64,000 nt of DNA. It comes from Octopus vulgaris. Lineage: Eukaryota. The stretch is taken from positions 53,382,001 through 53,446,000 of the forward strand of contig OX597817.1 of the NCBI GenBank assembly GCA_951406725.2, given 5' to 3'. Positions 37,141 through 49,836 of this stretch are shown here, in pieces. The translations under genes were made by a program, and so were the position numbers. Numbering within the stretch: position 1 is the stretch's first letter; each line of letters starts with the position of its first letter. Under the pieces are notes generated by a model. It was given only the letters and a program-made list of their open reading frames with translations, searched no databases and was not told the DNA's origin.

Positions 37141-38522
37141 GATAACAATATAGCTTTCTCTCCGCCCACACTCTACCGGCCTCTCTCCAATCGCACTCTA
37201 TCTACCTACCGACCCCTTGTCATATCTCTCTCTCTCCTGCCTCTCTTTATCCTCCACCACCAACTGCCAATCAGCACCTACACTTCCCAACTTCTATGTC
37301 TTTCTTGCTCAAATAATCTCCAGACCCTAACTTACTGTCAACCTACGTCTTTCATCAATCTACTTTTGTTGTCACTACAACAACATCTGTATTTTTCAAC
37401 CTTCTGACTTTAATCCCACCCTTTTCCAAACTAGTTACCGAATCTTAAGCCTCCCACCTCTGCACCAAACAGCCATACTGCATCTTTCTCTACCCCAGGC
37501 TCTGCACCAAACAACATTTACAATCATTTCATTCAAAGACTTTTAATGCTCTGGAATTCCTTTCTGACTTTTCAATTGCCACTCATTAGTAATCTTCAGC
37601 AACGCTTCACACAGAATGCTGCGAACTTCCACCAATCTTCTTCTTTCTCTTTCTCTCTTCTCCCACGAACTTTTGCACCCATCTTACCCTGATGCACTTT
37701 CACAGGAACAACAAAGCAGTACATTTTCTCACTGCAACATATAATTACAGACGACTAACTACAAACAAGTAGAAAAATCATTATAACGGAAATTATTATT
37801 GGGTGGCAGTGGTGTGCGAGTGTGTATGTGTGTTAAATAGGCAGGTATAGTGAAGTCTGGAAAAATGTCATTGTGACCAGGTAAGCAATGCAGTAGATTC
37901 TTTCACCTGTAGAAAACTGTTCAGTTTTAGGGGACAGTTGAAATATTCCAGTTTCTTCTCTAAGACATTGCCAGTGCTATAATTGTTGTCCATTGTCAAT
38001 ATGACCATCACCATCTACATGATGGCCTCTATGTAACGGTCTTCCCACTGATGTCTTTATTGGTTCAATATTTTATTGAAGTGATGGAACAATATCCATA
38101 AATTTTGAATTATAGTTAACTTAATGTTTAGACTGTTACAGTTGGTTAGTGGTTAAGGAAAGTGGGGAGGGCTTCAGCCCCAATCAACCCCAAGTTCAAC
38201 AGACCTGTGATCTTGGTTGCTATTTCTAGTAGATTGAACGATCATATAGAGTCTCCTTCGTTGATTCAGAGCGGTTTAACATTTGAATAGACTTAGTGTA
38301 CATAGAACCATATTTGATGTGCCCCCACCATCAACTTTATTTCTTTTCCTAAAAGGAATATGATTGATTTGAAGGAGATTTGGTTGCTATTAGTAGGTTC
38401 AGAAGAGGAGTTTTGGTAATATATAGTTCCAGAGAAGAATTAAATAAAATATTACATCACTGGATCAATTAAATCTCTTAATTATTTCAAAACTGTTTTG
38501 AGATTTTTCAGCTCCGTTAATA

Positions 38523-39451
38523 TGAGGTGTGTGCAAAAACTATCCAACTTTATATTTTCCTGCCAAAGCTAATGCTATGCAGGCAAAATCCTTTGGGTGG
38601 AAGGTGACTCCACTCTCCTTATGCATGCATGAAAACTTTTGCACCAGTTCCCGGCTGTTGCACTTGCAGTATAGACACATGTAGTGTGTGCTCGTTGGAT
38701 TTTCGTTTTCATACAAGATGACCAAACACGCTGAGCAGAGACCATAAACCCGTGTCTCATCACCAGTGATGATGGTCTTCATGAAATCTGGGCCATAGTT
38801 TACACAATCCAGTTTGTTATGAGTGATTTCTATCAGGGCTATGGAGTCAGAGAGTCAGAGTCAGAAAGAATTAAGGGGTAGTCAGAGTCGGTAAAACTAT
38901 TCCGACTCTGATTCCGACTCACAATATCTTTATTTTTGAATATAAACCACAGTTATAACATATAGGCTGACTCAAAGTACAAGCATATGCTTTATGAGAT
39001 ATGCTGACCAAAATCAGTTAATTACATAAAGAGGAGTCAGAGTTGAAGTTTTTTGTTTTGACTCCTCAGCCCTGATTTCTATGCAGAGTTATTTCTGTTG
39101 CTCTGCCAGCACTTTGGAGAGGAATTTTGCCAACACTTCTCTTCATGCAGAAATTCTTTGAATCTTCTGTTGAATCTTTTGGACAATCTGAGCTTGAGTA
39201 TCACCAAGCTTTTGGTAAAACTTGATGCAGTATTTCTGCTTGATGTGTTTTGTTGAAAACGAAAATCCAATGAGCACACATTACATGTCTGTACTGTAGA
39301 TGTAACAACTGGGAACTGATATGGCCTTCCAGTGCAAAAATTTTCATGCATGCATAGGAAGGAAGGCATCTCCTTCCACCCAAAGGATTTTGCCCACGTG
39401 GCATAAGTTTTGGCAGGAAAAAATAAAGTGATACTTTTTGAATGCACATCA
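38523..39451 (-). mobile_element. Mariner-derived element with ~200-bp inverted ends and TA TSD
   Basis: TA|tgaggtgtgtgcaaaaac ... tttttgaatgcacatca|TA; minus-strand remnants KYCIKFYQKLGDT and PDFMKTIITGDETRVYG. Confidence 0.8.
38834..39074. mobile_element. hAT-like MITE nested in the mariner derivative
   Basis: TIRs cagggctatggagtc / gactcctcagccctg; perfect 8-bp TSD atttctat (38826-38833, 39075-39082); gagtc(a/g) subterminal repeats. Confidence 0.85.
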
Positions 39452-39519
39452 TATTCCATTTGAAACACGACTGACTGATTTTGGTGTTTGACTTATTTCA
39501 ATTTAAATAGTACAAAAGA

Positions 39520-39950
39520 GTGTGATCGTTACCAGCATCGCCTTACTGGCACTTGTGCCCTGTGCTAGTAGGGTGCTAAGAGCACTGTCCAAGTGTGATC
39601 ATTGCCAGAGCGGCTGACTGGCTTCCATGCCAGTGGCACATAAAAGGCACCATTCGAGCATGATTGTTACCAGTGTCGCCTTACTGGCACCTGTGCCGGT
39701 GGCATGTGTAAAATGATTCGAGCGAGGTCGTTGCTAGTACCGCCAGATTGGCCCCCATGCCAGTGGAATGTAAAAAGCACCCACTACACTCTCGGGGTGG
39801 TTGGCGTTAGGAAGGGCATCAAGCTGTAGAAACTCTGCCAGATCAAGATTGGAGCCTGGTGCAGCCATCTGGTTTGCCAGCCCTCAGCCAAAATCGTCCA
39901 ACCCATGCCAGCATGGAAAGCGGACGTTAAATGATGATGATGATAATGAT
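39520..39950 (+). mobile_element. SINE family B with four or five 5' modules
   Basis: Repeated tgccagtggca..taaaa modules, then the conserved 3' domain and (GAT)n. Confidence 0.85.
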
Positions 39951-40989
39951 GAAATGTGTGTGACAGTGACTTTTTCTCCAGAGATTTGAAGTTTCTTGTT
40001 ACAAAGGTTATGTGAAGTGGTGATAAACGTTCCTTTTCTAATGGGTTTTATCTTGGGGTTACTTAGAAGCTTTAATGACAGAAAAAGGAATGTTTTCCAT
40101 TTGGAAGTGAAACCTGGTCTCACAGATCCAGTTTTTCCTAGAATGAACCTCTATCACATTATGGTTCTTGGTAGAATCTGTGAGAATGTTGCAACATTGA
40201 GACTCTCAGCCACTGACGCTCCTTAAAATCTCAACCTACTTTCTGTTAGGTGGAGGGTGTGGCCTCACCCTAACTGTCTTTTCTCAGTTTAATTTTTTGT
40301 GCTGAAGTTTCGGCAATTTCACTTTAACCTACTCTTATTTCTCTAATGTCATACCACTGTCTACTTACTCACTCAAATTAATAGAAATAACAGCAAAATC
40401 TCAAATTACACACTGTTGTCTTAGAAAATAACATATTCCTGGGTACCTGGACAAGGAATGCATCGGCTTACTTAATCAAGGCTGACCTGGGACATCACTA
40501 CTCACCATCCATTCATTCATTTGTATATTGATTCATTTATCTTAGAACTGGTATTCAAGCACCAGAATTCAAGTAGTTCCTAATATACTAAATCTAAGAT
40601 ATAGTTCCTATTTCCAATTCTAAGAAGTCTTTCTCTCTCATAGTCTGAAAAGTTTTAAGCTCCACAACATTCTAAGTTCAAATTCTGCTGAAGTTGACAT
40701 TGTGTTTCATTCTTGCAGGTTCCATAAAATAAGTTATTAGCTGAGCACTGGAGTTGATGTACTTGACTCACCCTCTTCAAATTCCAGACCTTGTGCCTAC
40801 AGGTCCAACTCTCCTAACAAGACAATCCTTTCTACTCTAGGAACAAAGCCTAAAATTTTGAAGAAGGCACTAGTCAATTACATTGACCCCCCCCCCCACT
40901 TCTTGACTGGTGCTTATTTTATTGACCTTGAAAGGATAAAGGGCAAAGTTGACCTTTGTGGACTTTTGAATTGAGAACATAAATCTCAT

Positions 40990-41170
40990 GATCATCATCG
41001 TTTAACGTCTGCTTTCCATGCTGGCATGGGTTGGTTGATTTTTGACCAAGGACTGGCAAGCCAGGAGGCTGCACCAGGCTCCAATCTGATCTGACAGTGT
41101 TTCTACACTGCCCTTCCTAATGCCAACCACTCCGAGAGTGTAGTGGGTGCATTTTATGTGGCACTGGCAA
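40990..41170 (-). mobile_element. SINE family B
   Basis: Reverse-complemented family B 3' domain. Confidence 0.8.
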
Positions 41171-41754
41171 CGACTACGATTATTGAAATAATTATTCTGG
41201 ACTTGAAGGAACGAAAGATATTTCTGTACATATTTTCTCACCAGCATTTCTTTAAAAATAAATGTATTTTTAACTTTTTGCTGTCTCAGATGCAAGATAA
41301 AGACTTTACTGCATTTTTTAGCAAGAGTGTGTGGATGTGTGTATGTGTGTGCCTGAAAGCTTGTGATGTGGTGGCGATGAAGTAGAGAACATTGTTTCCT
41401 GTCATTCCCAAATTAGCAAGTGTGTCTATGTATATTGAGGAAATGCAACAACTTTACGCAAGCACGTGCACACACACACACACACATTTGTGTCCTTCTA
41501 ATGTCTATTTTTAAACATGGCAAATATTTCACTATATTTCATCTACGTTTCTTTAGCATAGAATTCTTTTTAATTATTGCCTTTGTTATTATTTAGCCCT
41601 GATCACCTGATTGACAGGCCCATGACTGAAGGCATTCCAACCATGTCAGTCCCATCTATTTTGTATAACTGAGACTGCATAGTCAAATTTACCAATTTTT
41701 TTTGTTTTCTTTTGTGTTTTTGATGATACTAGGTTATAATAATGATAATAGTAA

Positions 41755-41907
41755 TTATTTCAAGTTTTTGCCACAAGGAAAGCTTGGGGAGGTGTGGATG
41801 AGTCGATTACATCAACCCCAGTGTTCAACTGGTACTTATTTTATCGACCTCAAAAGGATGAAAGGCATTTCATCCAGTGTGCTAACGGCTCTGCCAGCTT
41901 GCCGCCT

Positions 41908-41945
<38 letters not shown>

Positions 41946-42370
41946 TTCAAATTTTGGCACAAGGTCAGCAGTTTGCGGGGAGATGCTAAGTCAATTACAT
42001 CAACCTCAGTGCTCAACTGGTATTTATTCTATTGGTTCCAGAAGTGATGAAAGGCAAAGTCGACCTCAGCAGCATTTGAACTCAAAACATAAAGACGGAT
42101 GAAATGCTGTTAAGCATTTTGCCTGGCGTGCTCATGATTTTGCCATCTTGCTGCCTTAATAATAATATTAAACCTTTCTACTGAAGGTCCAAGGCCTGAA
42201 ATTTTGGGGGAGGGGACTAGTCGATAAATATAACCCCAGAGTTTCACTAGTACTTAATATATTGACCCTGAAAGGATGAAAGGTAAAATCAACCTTGGCA
42301 GAATTTGAACTCTGAATGTAAGGACACACGAAATGCCGCAAAGTATTTTGCCTGGTATGTTAATGATCTT
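41755..42370 (-). mobile_element. Three tandem SINE family C copies separated by (AAT)n
   Basis: Repeated actggtacttat..gatgaaagg motif. Confidence 0.75.
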
Positions 42371-43547
42371 GAAGGATTGGATAAAGTATTTCATTCAGTG
42401 GTTTGTACATTTTCAGAGACCAGTGTAGAGATGACTAGTGAAAGAGCGACTGGTGTTTTGGATGGATCTGGTTAGAGGTGGTACAGACGGAGGAGGTCTT
42501 TTATAGCAGCAGTATAAGAGACAGAGAGAAGAAATGGTGGATTTGGGAGTGTGATGGTTGGTGGGTCTTAGTCAGTTGGTCTTGATAAAGATTTCTATCT
42601 TAAATCATTTGATGCCACAACCAGAACTAACCAGAGAGAGAGAGAGAGAGATTATGAGACTGATGCCGTACTTGTTGCATCAGAGTTGACCTACTGCTAC
42701 ACAGCAACAATTAGAGATAAACACCAAATCCATCTTTACATTATTTCCCATCTTCTCCATCTCTTCCTATTCACTACTAAATGATAATATTTATTTTGTC
42801 AACATTTCTGTCATGTCTCTACCCAAATGAGGTGGGGTGATGTTTGGAAGAATCCCTCTCCATTTGTCCTTTGAAATCTATCCACTTTTCACCTTTTTAT
42901 TCTTTTATTTGTTTCAGTTGTTTGTAAAATTATCATTGGTGTCAATTTATGAAGAATTGTGGCTCTTTTGTCACCTTCCACCCCTTCCATCACGTGCTGT
43001 ATTTTCTTCTTTTTTCCCCTTTCTCTAAATATGTTTAACTACCTCTTTGACTTGTGTGTGTGTGATAATCTGTGTATGTACACATTACATAAGGGGAGAG
43101 AGAAAAAGATTTGAATATATGCTCTGTGAGTGTGTGTTTGTACATATGACATTATATACATAGTGTGTGTGTAATATTTGTATAGATTTGGGTCAATGAA
43201 TTTGAATAAATGTCAGTGTAGTTGACATCTCACTTATTGTAGGATGTGTGTATGTATATATATCTAATATATAAAATAGAGATGTGTGTGTGTATTTGCT
43301 TTTCATGTGCAAAGGGCTTCAGCAAATGCTTTCATACCTGTGATGCATGAATAATTTGACCTTGAACAAATAATATTGCTTTTTATATTACATTCACATC
43401 CTTGAAAGTTTTTAAAATATTTTCTTCCGGGGTTTTCTAGCATCAGTAACATAACATATCTCTCTATCTTTATCTCTCTGTCTCTCTGTAATATATCTCT
43501 CTATCAATATCTTATCTGTCTATAGCTATCTATCTATATTTCAAGAT

Positions 43548-43598
<51 letters not shown>

Positions 43599-43621
43599 GA
43601 TAATATGCATGTATATTGGTC

Positions 43622-43674
<53 letters not shown>

Positions 43675-44705
43675 ATATACACACACACTCTGCACTCTTG
43701 ACTTTGAAAACCTGTAAAAAGACTATTGAATCTGCATTGTATGACATTTTATCATACAATTTAGATGCATGATGGATCATGCTCACCCATTGAACCTACA
43801 TATATTATGTTCTACATACCATACAAACATGACTCCCTCTATACTCAGTTTCCCCCTTTGCACTCTCTTTCCTCTCCTTGCTCCCCCTGTGCTCTCCTCC
43901 CCTGCACCCTCGTCGCTCCCCCGTGCTCTCCTGCACTCTCCTTGCTCCCTTGCGCTCTCCTTGCGCCCCCCCCTGTGCTATCTTCACTCTCTCTGCACTT
44001 GCGTTGCCTCCCCATCTGCCCTCAGCTCATCCACTTGTACACTTGATTTGGCCTCCCCACATCTATGCCCACCTCTTCTCTCTGCTTTTGCTCTCCTGCT
44101 GCACTCTCTCTGTCCACCTCTCTAACTCACCTCCCCACTTCCCTGTGTTTGTCTCCCCACCCCCCTCTTCCCTCTTCCCATCCACTTCATTTGTAAATAA
44201 TTTTGTTTGTCTAGCTTTTTCAATTATAAAAGTATAAACTTGGTAAATACGATGTATCCTCCATTAATACAAAAGAAACTACGTGATTCCACCATGTCTG
44301 TTTCTTCCTCCCTATATTCGTGTGCTTATCTTTTCAAACTCTACATGTGTCTCTCTATCTGTGCCTATCTTCTCTCTCTCTCTCTAATATAATATATATT
44401 TGCGTGTCTGTCTGTCTTCCTCTCGCTCTCTCTATGTTTGCATCTGCAGTAAAAGACTTGATATAGATGATAGGTTAAATGCAGTTATCTTTGTCTCTCA
44501 TGGTTCTGAGTTCAATTTCTGTTGGAAGCTGACATTGCAATATTCCCCTCTGGAGTTCACAATGTATCCATACCATGACATACTGATGTCGATTACTTCA
44601 ACAGCGTCTCCTTCCATGCACAAATTGGCCTTGTACCTGAAGGTCTGTGTTTGTGCTAATGTCACTCTGCTAATTTATTTTGTCTCAAGTAATTCTACAT
44701 TAGTT

Positions 44706-45271
44706 TTAGGTTGTCCGGAAAGTTTGTGCCGATTTATAGTAGCTTACATTTTGACTTATTTTAGAGCATGGTTGAGTCCATAAAATAGGATTTAACTACA
44801 CCTCCATTTAGAGCACAGTATAAGCTATCTTTTCGTGGAAGAAGGCTTATGTTCCTATAACCTATGTTAATTCTGCAACCCTTTAAAATGGAAGATAAGA
44901 AAGTTCATTTTCGGCACTTGATGCTTTGGGAACCAGACAAAAATTGCTACAGTTCGCCTGGGATGTGTTACTCCACCCTCCATATTCACCATATATTGCT
45001 CCATCGGATTTCCACTTATTCAGGTCTCTGCAGAATAATCTTAATGGTAAAAATTTCAATTCCTTGGATGACGTAAAAAGATACCTTGATGAATTCTTTG
45101 TCATGAAACCACCTCAATTCTGGGAAGAGGGTATTTTCAAGTTAAAGGAAAGATGGAGACACATTGTGCAACAAAATGGTTCATATTTGGTTGATTAAAA
45201 ATGTAATGGCAAGTATTTATTGACCTTTTTCTTTCCTTGAAAAGTCGGCACAAACTTTCCGGACAACCCAG
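44706..45271 (+). mobile_element. Internally deleted mariner element
   Basis: TIRs ggttgtccggaaagtttgtgccga / tcggcacaaactttccggacaacc; N-terminus MEDKKVHFRHLMLWE fused to the C-terminal region. Confidence 0.9.
44931..45198 (+). pseudogene. Mariner transposase C-terminal fragment
   Basis: WDVLLHPPYSPYIAPSDFHLFRSLQN...GIFKLKERW...NGSYLVD (YSPDLAPSD motif region). Confidence 0.9.
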
Positions 45272-45854
45272 TACAAGTATAATGCAAATGAAGGCTGACA
45301 GTTAAGGGATGAGGTGTCAAGCAGGAGGCTGGTGAAAGAGGATCTGTGGATGCTGGACCTCATGAGGGAGATGTTGAAGGATTAACACAAGTAATGAGAT
45401 GCTGTGTTGGGGAAGGCTTATCTAACTCATGCTGTCATGTGCTTTTGGTGTCTCCTTTCTGCAAGGCTGTCTCTTTAACTTTGAACTATGCTTTAATATT
45501 TCCATTTCTGATCCCTTCTCTCTCTCTCTCTCTCTCCATCCCAAAAGGTCATCACTGTATTACAGTATGGTTGTAGTGGGGGTGGTGGATCTTTTGGATG
45601 TCAGAGCAAAAGACTGATAAATAACAATGATAGTTCCCCCCCCCCCTTGTGGGTGGGGGTGCCTCTGTTGAAGTTGTCATTGTATTGTGTTACAAACTAC
45701 TACTACAACTACAACAATAGGCTTTCAACAACAATTGTATTGAGGTAACCAGAACTTTTGATATTTGCTATGTAGGAAGTACAAAGGAAATTTCATTGTA
45801 TAACAAAGAATGAATATATATATGTGTCTGTATGCATTTCTGTGTATGTATATA

Positions 45855-45914
<60 letters not shown>

Positions 45915-46287
45915 CACATAAGTATGTTTATGTAATCTTTCATCTTTCCTGTATTTACCATATTTATTTATCAAATGTTTGCCATCATTATGAGCCTGAA
46001 ATTGCTAAGGGGATAGAATAAGGGACTCACTACCAACTCGTGAGTTGTTGCTTCTAAATTGCTGCAAGTATTTCATTGTGTGTTTGTTAGGTCCTTAATA
46101 TACTCCCCAGTTGCATCTTATCCACATGTCTGTACATTTACAATTCTCACTTGGTCACTCTGTTGCTAAGTTTCTCAGCCTCTGTTTATTTTTCTTTACT
46201 TTGTCTTTGTTTGTTGGAAGATGCTTTAAGAGAAATCAAAATGCTTTTAGTATGATACTTATGAATTCAGTCAAATATACACACATC

Positions 46288-46445
46288 CATGTGGCTATGT
46301 GGTAAGAAGCTTGCTTCTCAACTACATGGTTCAGTCCTTCTGTGTGACACCTTGGGCTAGCGTCTTCTACTATAGCCTTGAGACGACCAAAGCTTTGTGA
46401 GTTGATTTGGTAGATGGAAGCTTAAAGAAGCCAATCATATATATT

Positions 46446-46485
<40 letters not shown>

Positions 46486-46670
46486 TGTTTGTCCCCCCAC
46501 AACTGCTTGACAACCAGTGCTGGCGTACTTACATCCCTGTAACTTAGCAGTTTGGCAAAAGAGACCAATAGAATAAGTACTGGGGTCGATACATTTGACT
46601 AAAAATTCTCCAAGACAGTGCCCCAGCATGGTTGCAGTCCAATGACTGAAGCAAGTAAAATTTAAAAGAT
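46288..46670 (+). mobile_element. SINE family A
   Basis: Head, CORE-like segment and tail present. Confidence 0.8.
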
Positions 46671-46699
46671 ATATATATTTATATATATATATATACGTA

Positions 46700-46865
46700 T
46701 AGTTGAAATTTATAGAAAAACAAAAGACGAAGACAGGTGTGTTAGTTTGACGCTCAGGAAAAATGAAAGTCTTTTATGTTTCGAGCCTATGCTCTTCAGC
46801 AGAAAGGAACATGAGGAAATAAACAGAAAGAAAATGGAAAAAAAAACATGTAGAGTTCAGCGAAA
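46700..46865 (-). mobile_element. Penelope-like pLTR fragment
   Basis: Contains the hammerhead motif at 46771-46806; related to 4790-4995. Confidence 0.55.
46771..46806 (-). ncRNA. Minimal type-I hammerhead motif (A6 substituted)
   Basis: Minus strand: cttt-ctgctga-a-gagc atag gctc-gaaa-ca-ta-aaag. Confidence 0.6.
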
Positions 46866-47993
46866 GACAGATAATTTTTTGTTTCTGGCCACAGTTGGAA
46901 TAATTTTTTTCACAAGAAACTGGTGCTGAAGGATAAATGTTATAACCGCTATCGTCAGTGTTTAATGTCCATTTTTCCATACTTGGGTGGGTCAGATATG
47001 TTTGTGAATATATAAATCATGTTTTCTTTCGACTAAATTTCTTTGTCTAAATCAGTGGTTTCCAACTGAGACCCATAAGACCCCTGGGGCAGGTGAGGGT
47101 GTCTATATAAGATCTTGTTAAAGTTTATATGTAATAAACTGGTTTATACTTCTACAATGCACAAAAAATTCTGGACTTGGGAGTTCATAGTGGTGAAGCA
47201 AACTTCGTGTGTGTGTGTGTAAACTGTTGTTGGGTCTAGCTTATTTCTCATAATGATAGAAAAAGAAATGGGTAATCCTTCCTAGCCGGGTTTTCCTGTA
47301 CATACACACCTGGCATGGAAAGTGGCATAATACCCTTATTCTAAACCTTATCTACATTCTGTTTTGCATTCACATATTCTATTTATAGTATTTGGGTATT
47401 ATTTCTCATCATCACTATCGTTATTGTATAGAAGTACACTATGCTTGTTTGCTAGTTTTTTTCTTCCCCTAAATAAAACGAAACCCTTCACATTGTGGGG
47501 GAGGGCGAGAGAGAGAGGGAGGGAAGGAGGGAGTGTGTAGCTTTAAATAGTCTAGTGGTTTCAACTTTTCTACAAGAGTGCTAAGCCTAAACAGTCTGCC
47601 TGAAACATACAGCAACAGCAGCAGCAGTAGTAGCAGGAGCAGCAGCCCAGAAACTAGATGCCATCTAGGTTAAATGTGGGAGGCTGGAACTGTTTTCACT
47701 TGGAAATAAGTGACTTGACATAGCAGGGATGTAAACACTTTCTGGGGGAATATTAGTATTTCCAGTCAAAAGATTTGTTACCTACTGGGATGGAGGAGAC
47801 CTAGAAAGATAGGAGGAGCCAGGGATCTAAGCACATTATCTCTTGCTTGCTTTATGTGTGTGTGTGTGTGTGTGATTTAGTCATTGGATTGTGGCGATGC
47901 TGGAATACGAGCTTAAATGGTTTAGTTGTCAAATAGTTAAGTTACAGGGCAAACAACACCAGTTTTTAAGGGGTGTCAATGTAAAAAGCACTC

Positions 47994-48186
47994 ACTGTCA
48001 CTAGATTGTGGCACTGTCCCTAGAAAGTTTTATTGTCGAACTGGCACCAGAGAGTCTCTTTTCTGCATTGTCTCTGTTTGTGCATTCCTTTCTTTCTTCT
48101 CCAACTGGGATGCAACTACAGTCACTGTGAGACACTGAACCATCCAATTATTTCAGATCAATTAGATTCTTCGTTTATGATTAACA
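47994..48186. repeat. Duplicated segment (matches ~49806-49998), starting with ~1.5 minisatellite units
   Basis: agaaagttttattgtcgaactggcaccagagagtctc...gattcttc.tttatgattaaca present at both sites. Confidence 0.9.
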
Positions 48187-48199
48187 TGCACACATACAA

Positions 48200-48241
<42 letters not shown>

Positions 48242-48779
48242 TTAGTTCACTTTATATATATATATAATTACAAGACAAACAGCACCAGTTTTTAAGCATT
48301 GTCAATGTAAAGGCGTGTGCATGCACACACACACACATTCTCTCTCTCTCTTTCTCATTTTCTCACCATCTCTCTCATTTTCTCTCCATCTCTTTCCATC
48401 TCTCTCATTCTCTCCCCCACAATGACAGGCACCTGCATAGTTTCTGCCCACCAAATTCCACACCCACAAATTCCACACTTATGTCGACCCAAGGCTATAG
48501 AGACACTTGTCCATGCTTCCATGCAGCAGGACCAAAAACCGGAAACTGGTTGCAAAGCAAACTTCTTAACCGTACAGACAAACCTCTGCACGTGCACACA
48601 CACACATGCATACATTAATTATCGAACGTCAGTAGCTAGCAAATACAACAAAGCTATTTTACTTCTGTAAAGTTTAAACAATCTTTTATGAAGATGGACT
48701 GACACAGATTCTGAGTCACGATATAAATGGTTGGTCTGAGTGATAAGCAACTTGGAAATAAAGGTACTCGTTCACTCCA

Positions 48780-49045
48780 ATGGCGAGGGTTCTAGTTGAT
48801 CCGATGACTGAGCACTCCACAGACATATGTACCTTTAACGTAATTCTCTGGGAGATTCAGTATGACACAGAACGTGACAAATTGGCCCTTTGAAATACTG
48901 GTACTACTCACTTTTGCCAGCTGAGCTGACTGGAGCAACATGAAATAAAATGTCTTACCCAAGAATACGAGGCGCCACCGAGTATCAAACCCATGACCTT
49001 ACAATCATAAGCCAAATACCCTAGCCACTCAGCCACACACCTTCA
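48780..49045 (-). mobile_element. SINE family E (tRNA head, CORE-like; related fragment at ~53093-53220)
   Basis: Minus strand: gtggctgagtggctagggt...gggtttgatactc...ttcttgggtaagaca...ttgctccagtcagctcagctggcaaaa. Confidence 0.7.
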
Positions 49046-49047
49046 TG

Positions 49048-49092
<45 letters not shown>

Positions 49093-49265
49093 GAATATTT
49101 ATGGCATCATGTACCTATCCAACCCCTGTTTTTCCAGGTCTGGGAAACTGGTCCTCCAATATTTTTGGTGGATTAGTTTTTGTCAAGTTTTAGAATCACC
49201 ACACTAAAAGTCCTCTTTGCTCTGTAGTGCGTCTCTTCACCTACCAACTACTTCACTCGTATTGT

Positions 49266-49836
49266 GTGTGGCGCTGTCACTAGATTGTGGTACTGTCACT
49301 AGATTGTGGGACTGACACTAGATTGTGGCTCTGTCACTAGATTGTGGCGCTGTCACTAGATTGTGGTGCTGTCACTAGATTGTGGTGCTGTCACTAGATT
49401 GTGGCACAGTCACTAGATTGCGGCACTATCACTAGATTGCGGCGCTGTCACATAGATTGTGGTGCTGTCACTAGATTGTGGCACTGTCACTAGATTGTGA
49501 CACTGTCACTAGATTGTGACACTGTCACTAGATTGTGACACTATCACTAGATTGTGGCACTGTCACTAGATTGTGACACTGTCACTAGATTGTGACACTG
49601 TCACTAGATTGTGACACTATCACTAGATTGTAGCACTGTCACTAGATTGTGACACTGTCACTAGATTGTGACACTATCACTAGATTGTGACACTATCACT
49701 AGATTGTGGCACTGTCACTAGATTGTGGTGCTGTCACTAGATTGTGACACTATCACTAGATTGTGACACTATCACTAGATTGTGGCGCTGTCACTAGATT
49801 GTGGCGCTGTCACTAGATTGTGACACTGTCACTAGA
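49266..49836. repeat. 19-bp minisatellite, ~30 copies (ctgtcactagattgtggca)
   Basis: Direct reading; variation mostly at the gg/ga and ca/cg/tg positions. Confidence 0.95.

Noticed and set aside
37380-37640. Degraded CR1/Jockey-like LINE 3' end
   Set aside because: Only a faint resemblance (ctctggaattcc); too decayed to call by eye.
47500-47680. Possible promoter or first exon (GA-rich tract, tttaaata, (CAG)n)
   Set aside because: Only generic low-complexity features; cannot be supported without transcript data.
49266-49836. CRISPR-like array
   Set aside because: Units are contiguous with no unique spacers, there are no cas genes, and the context is eukaryotic.
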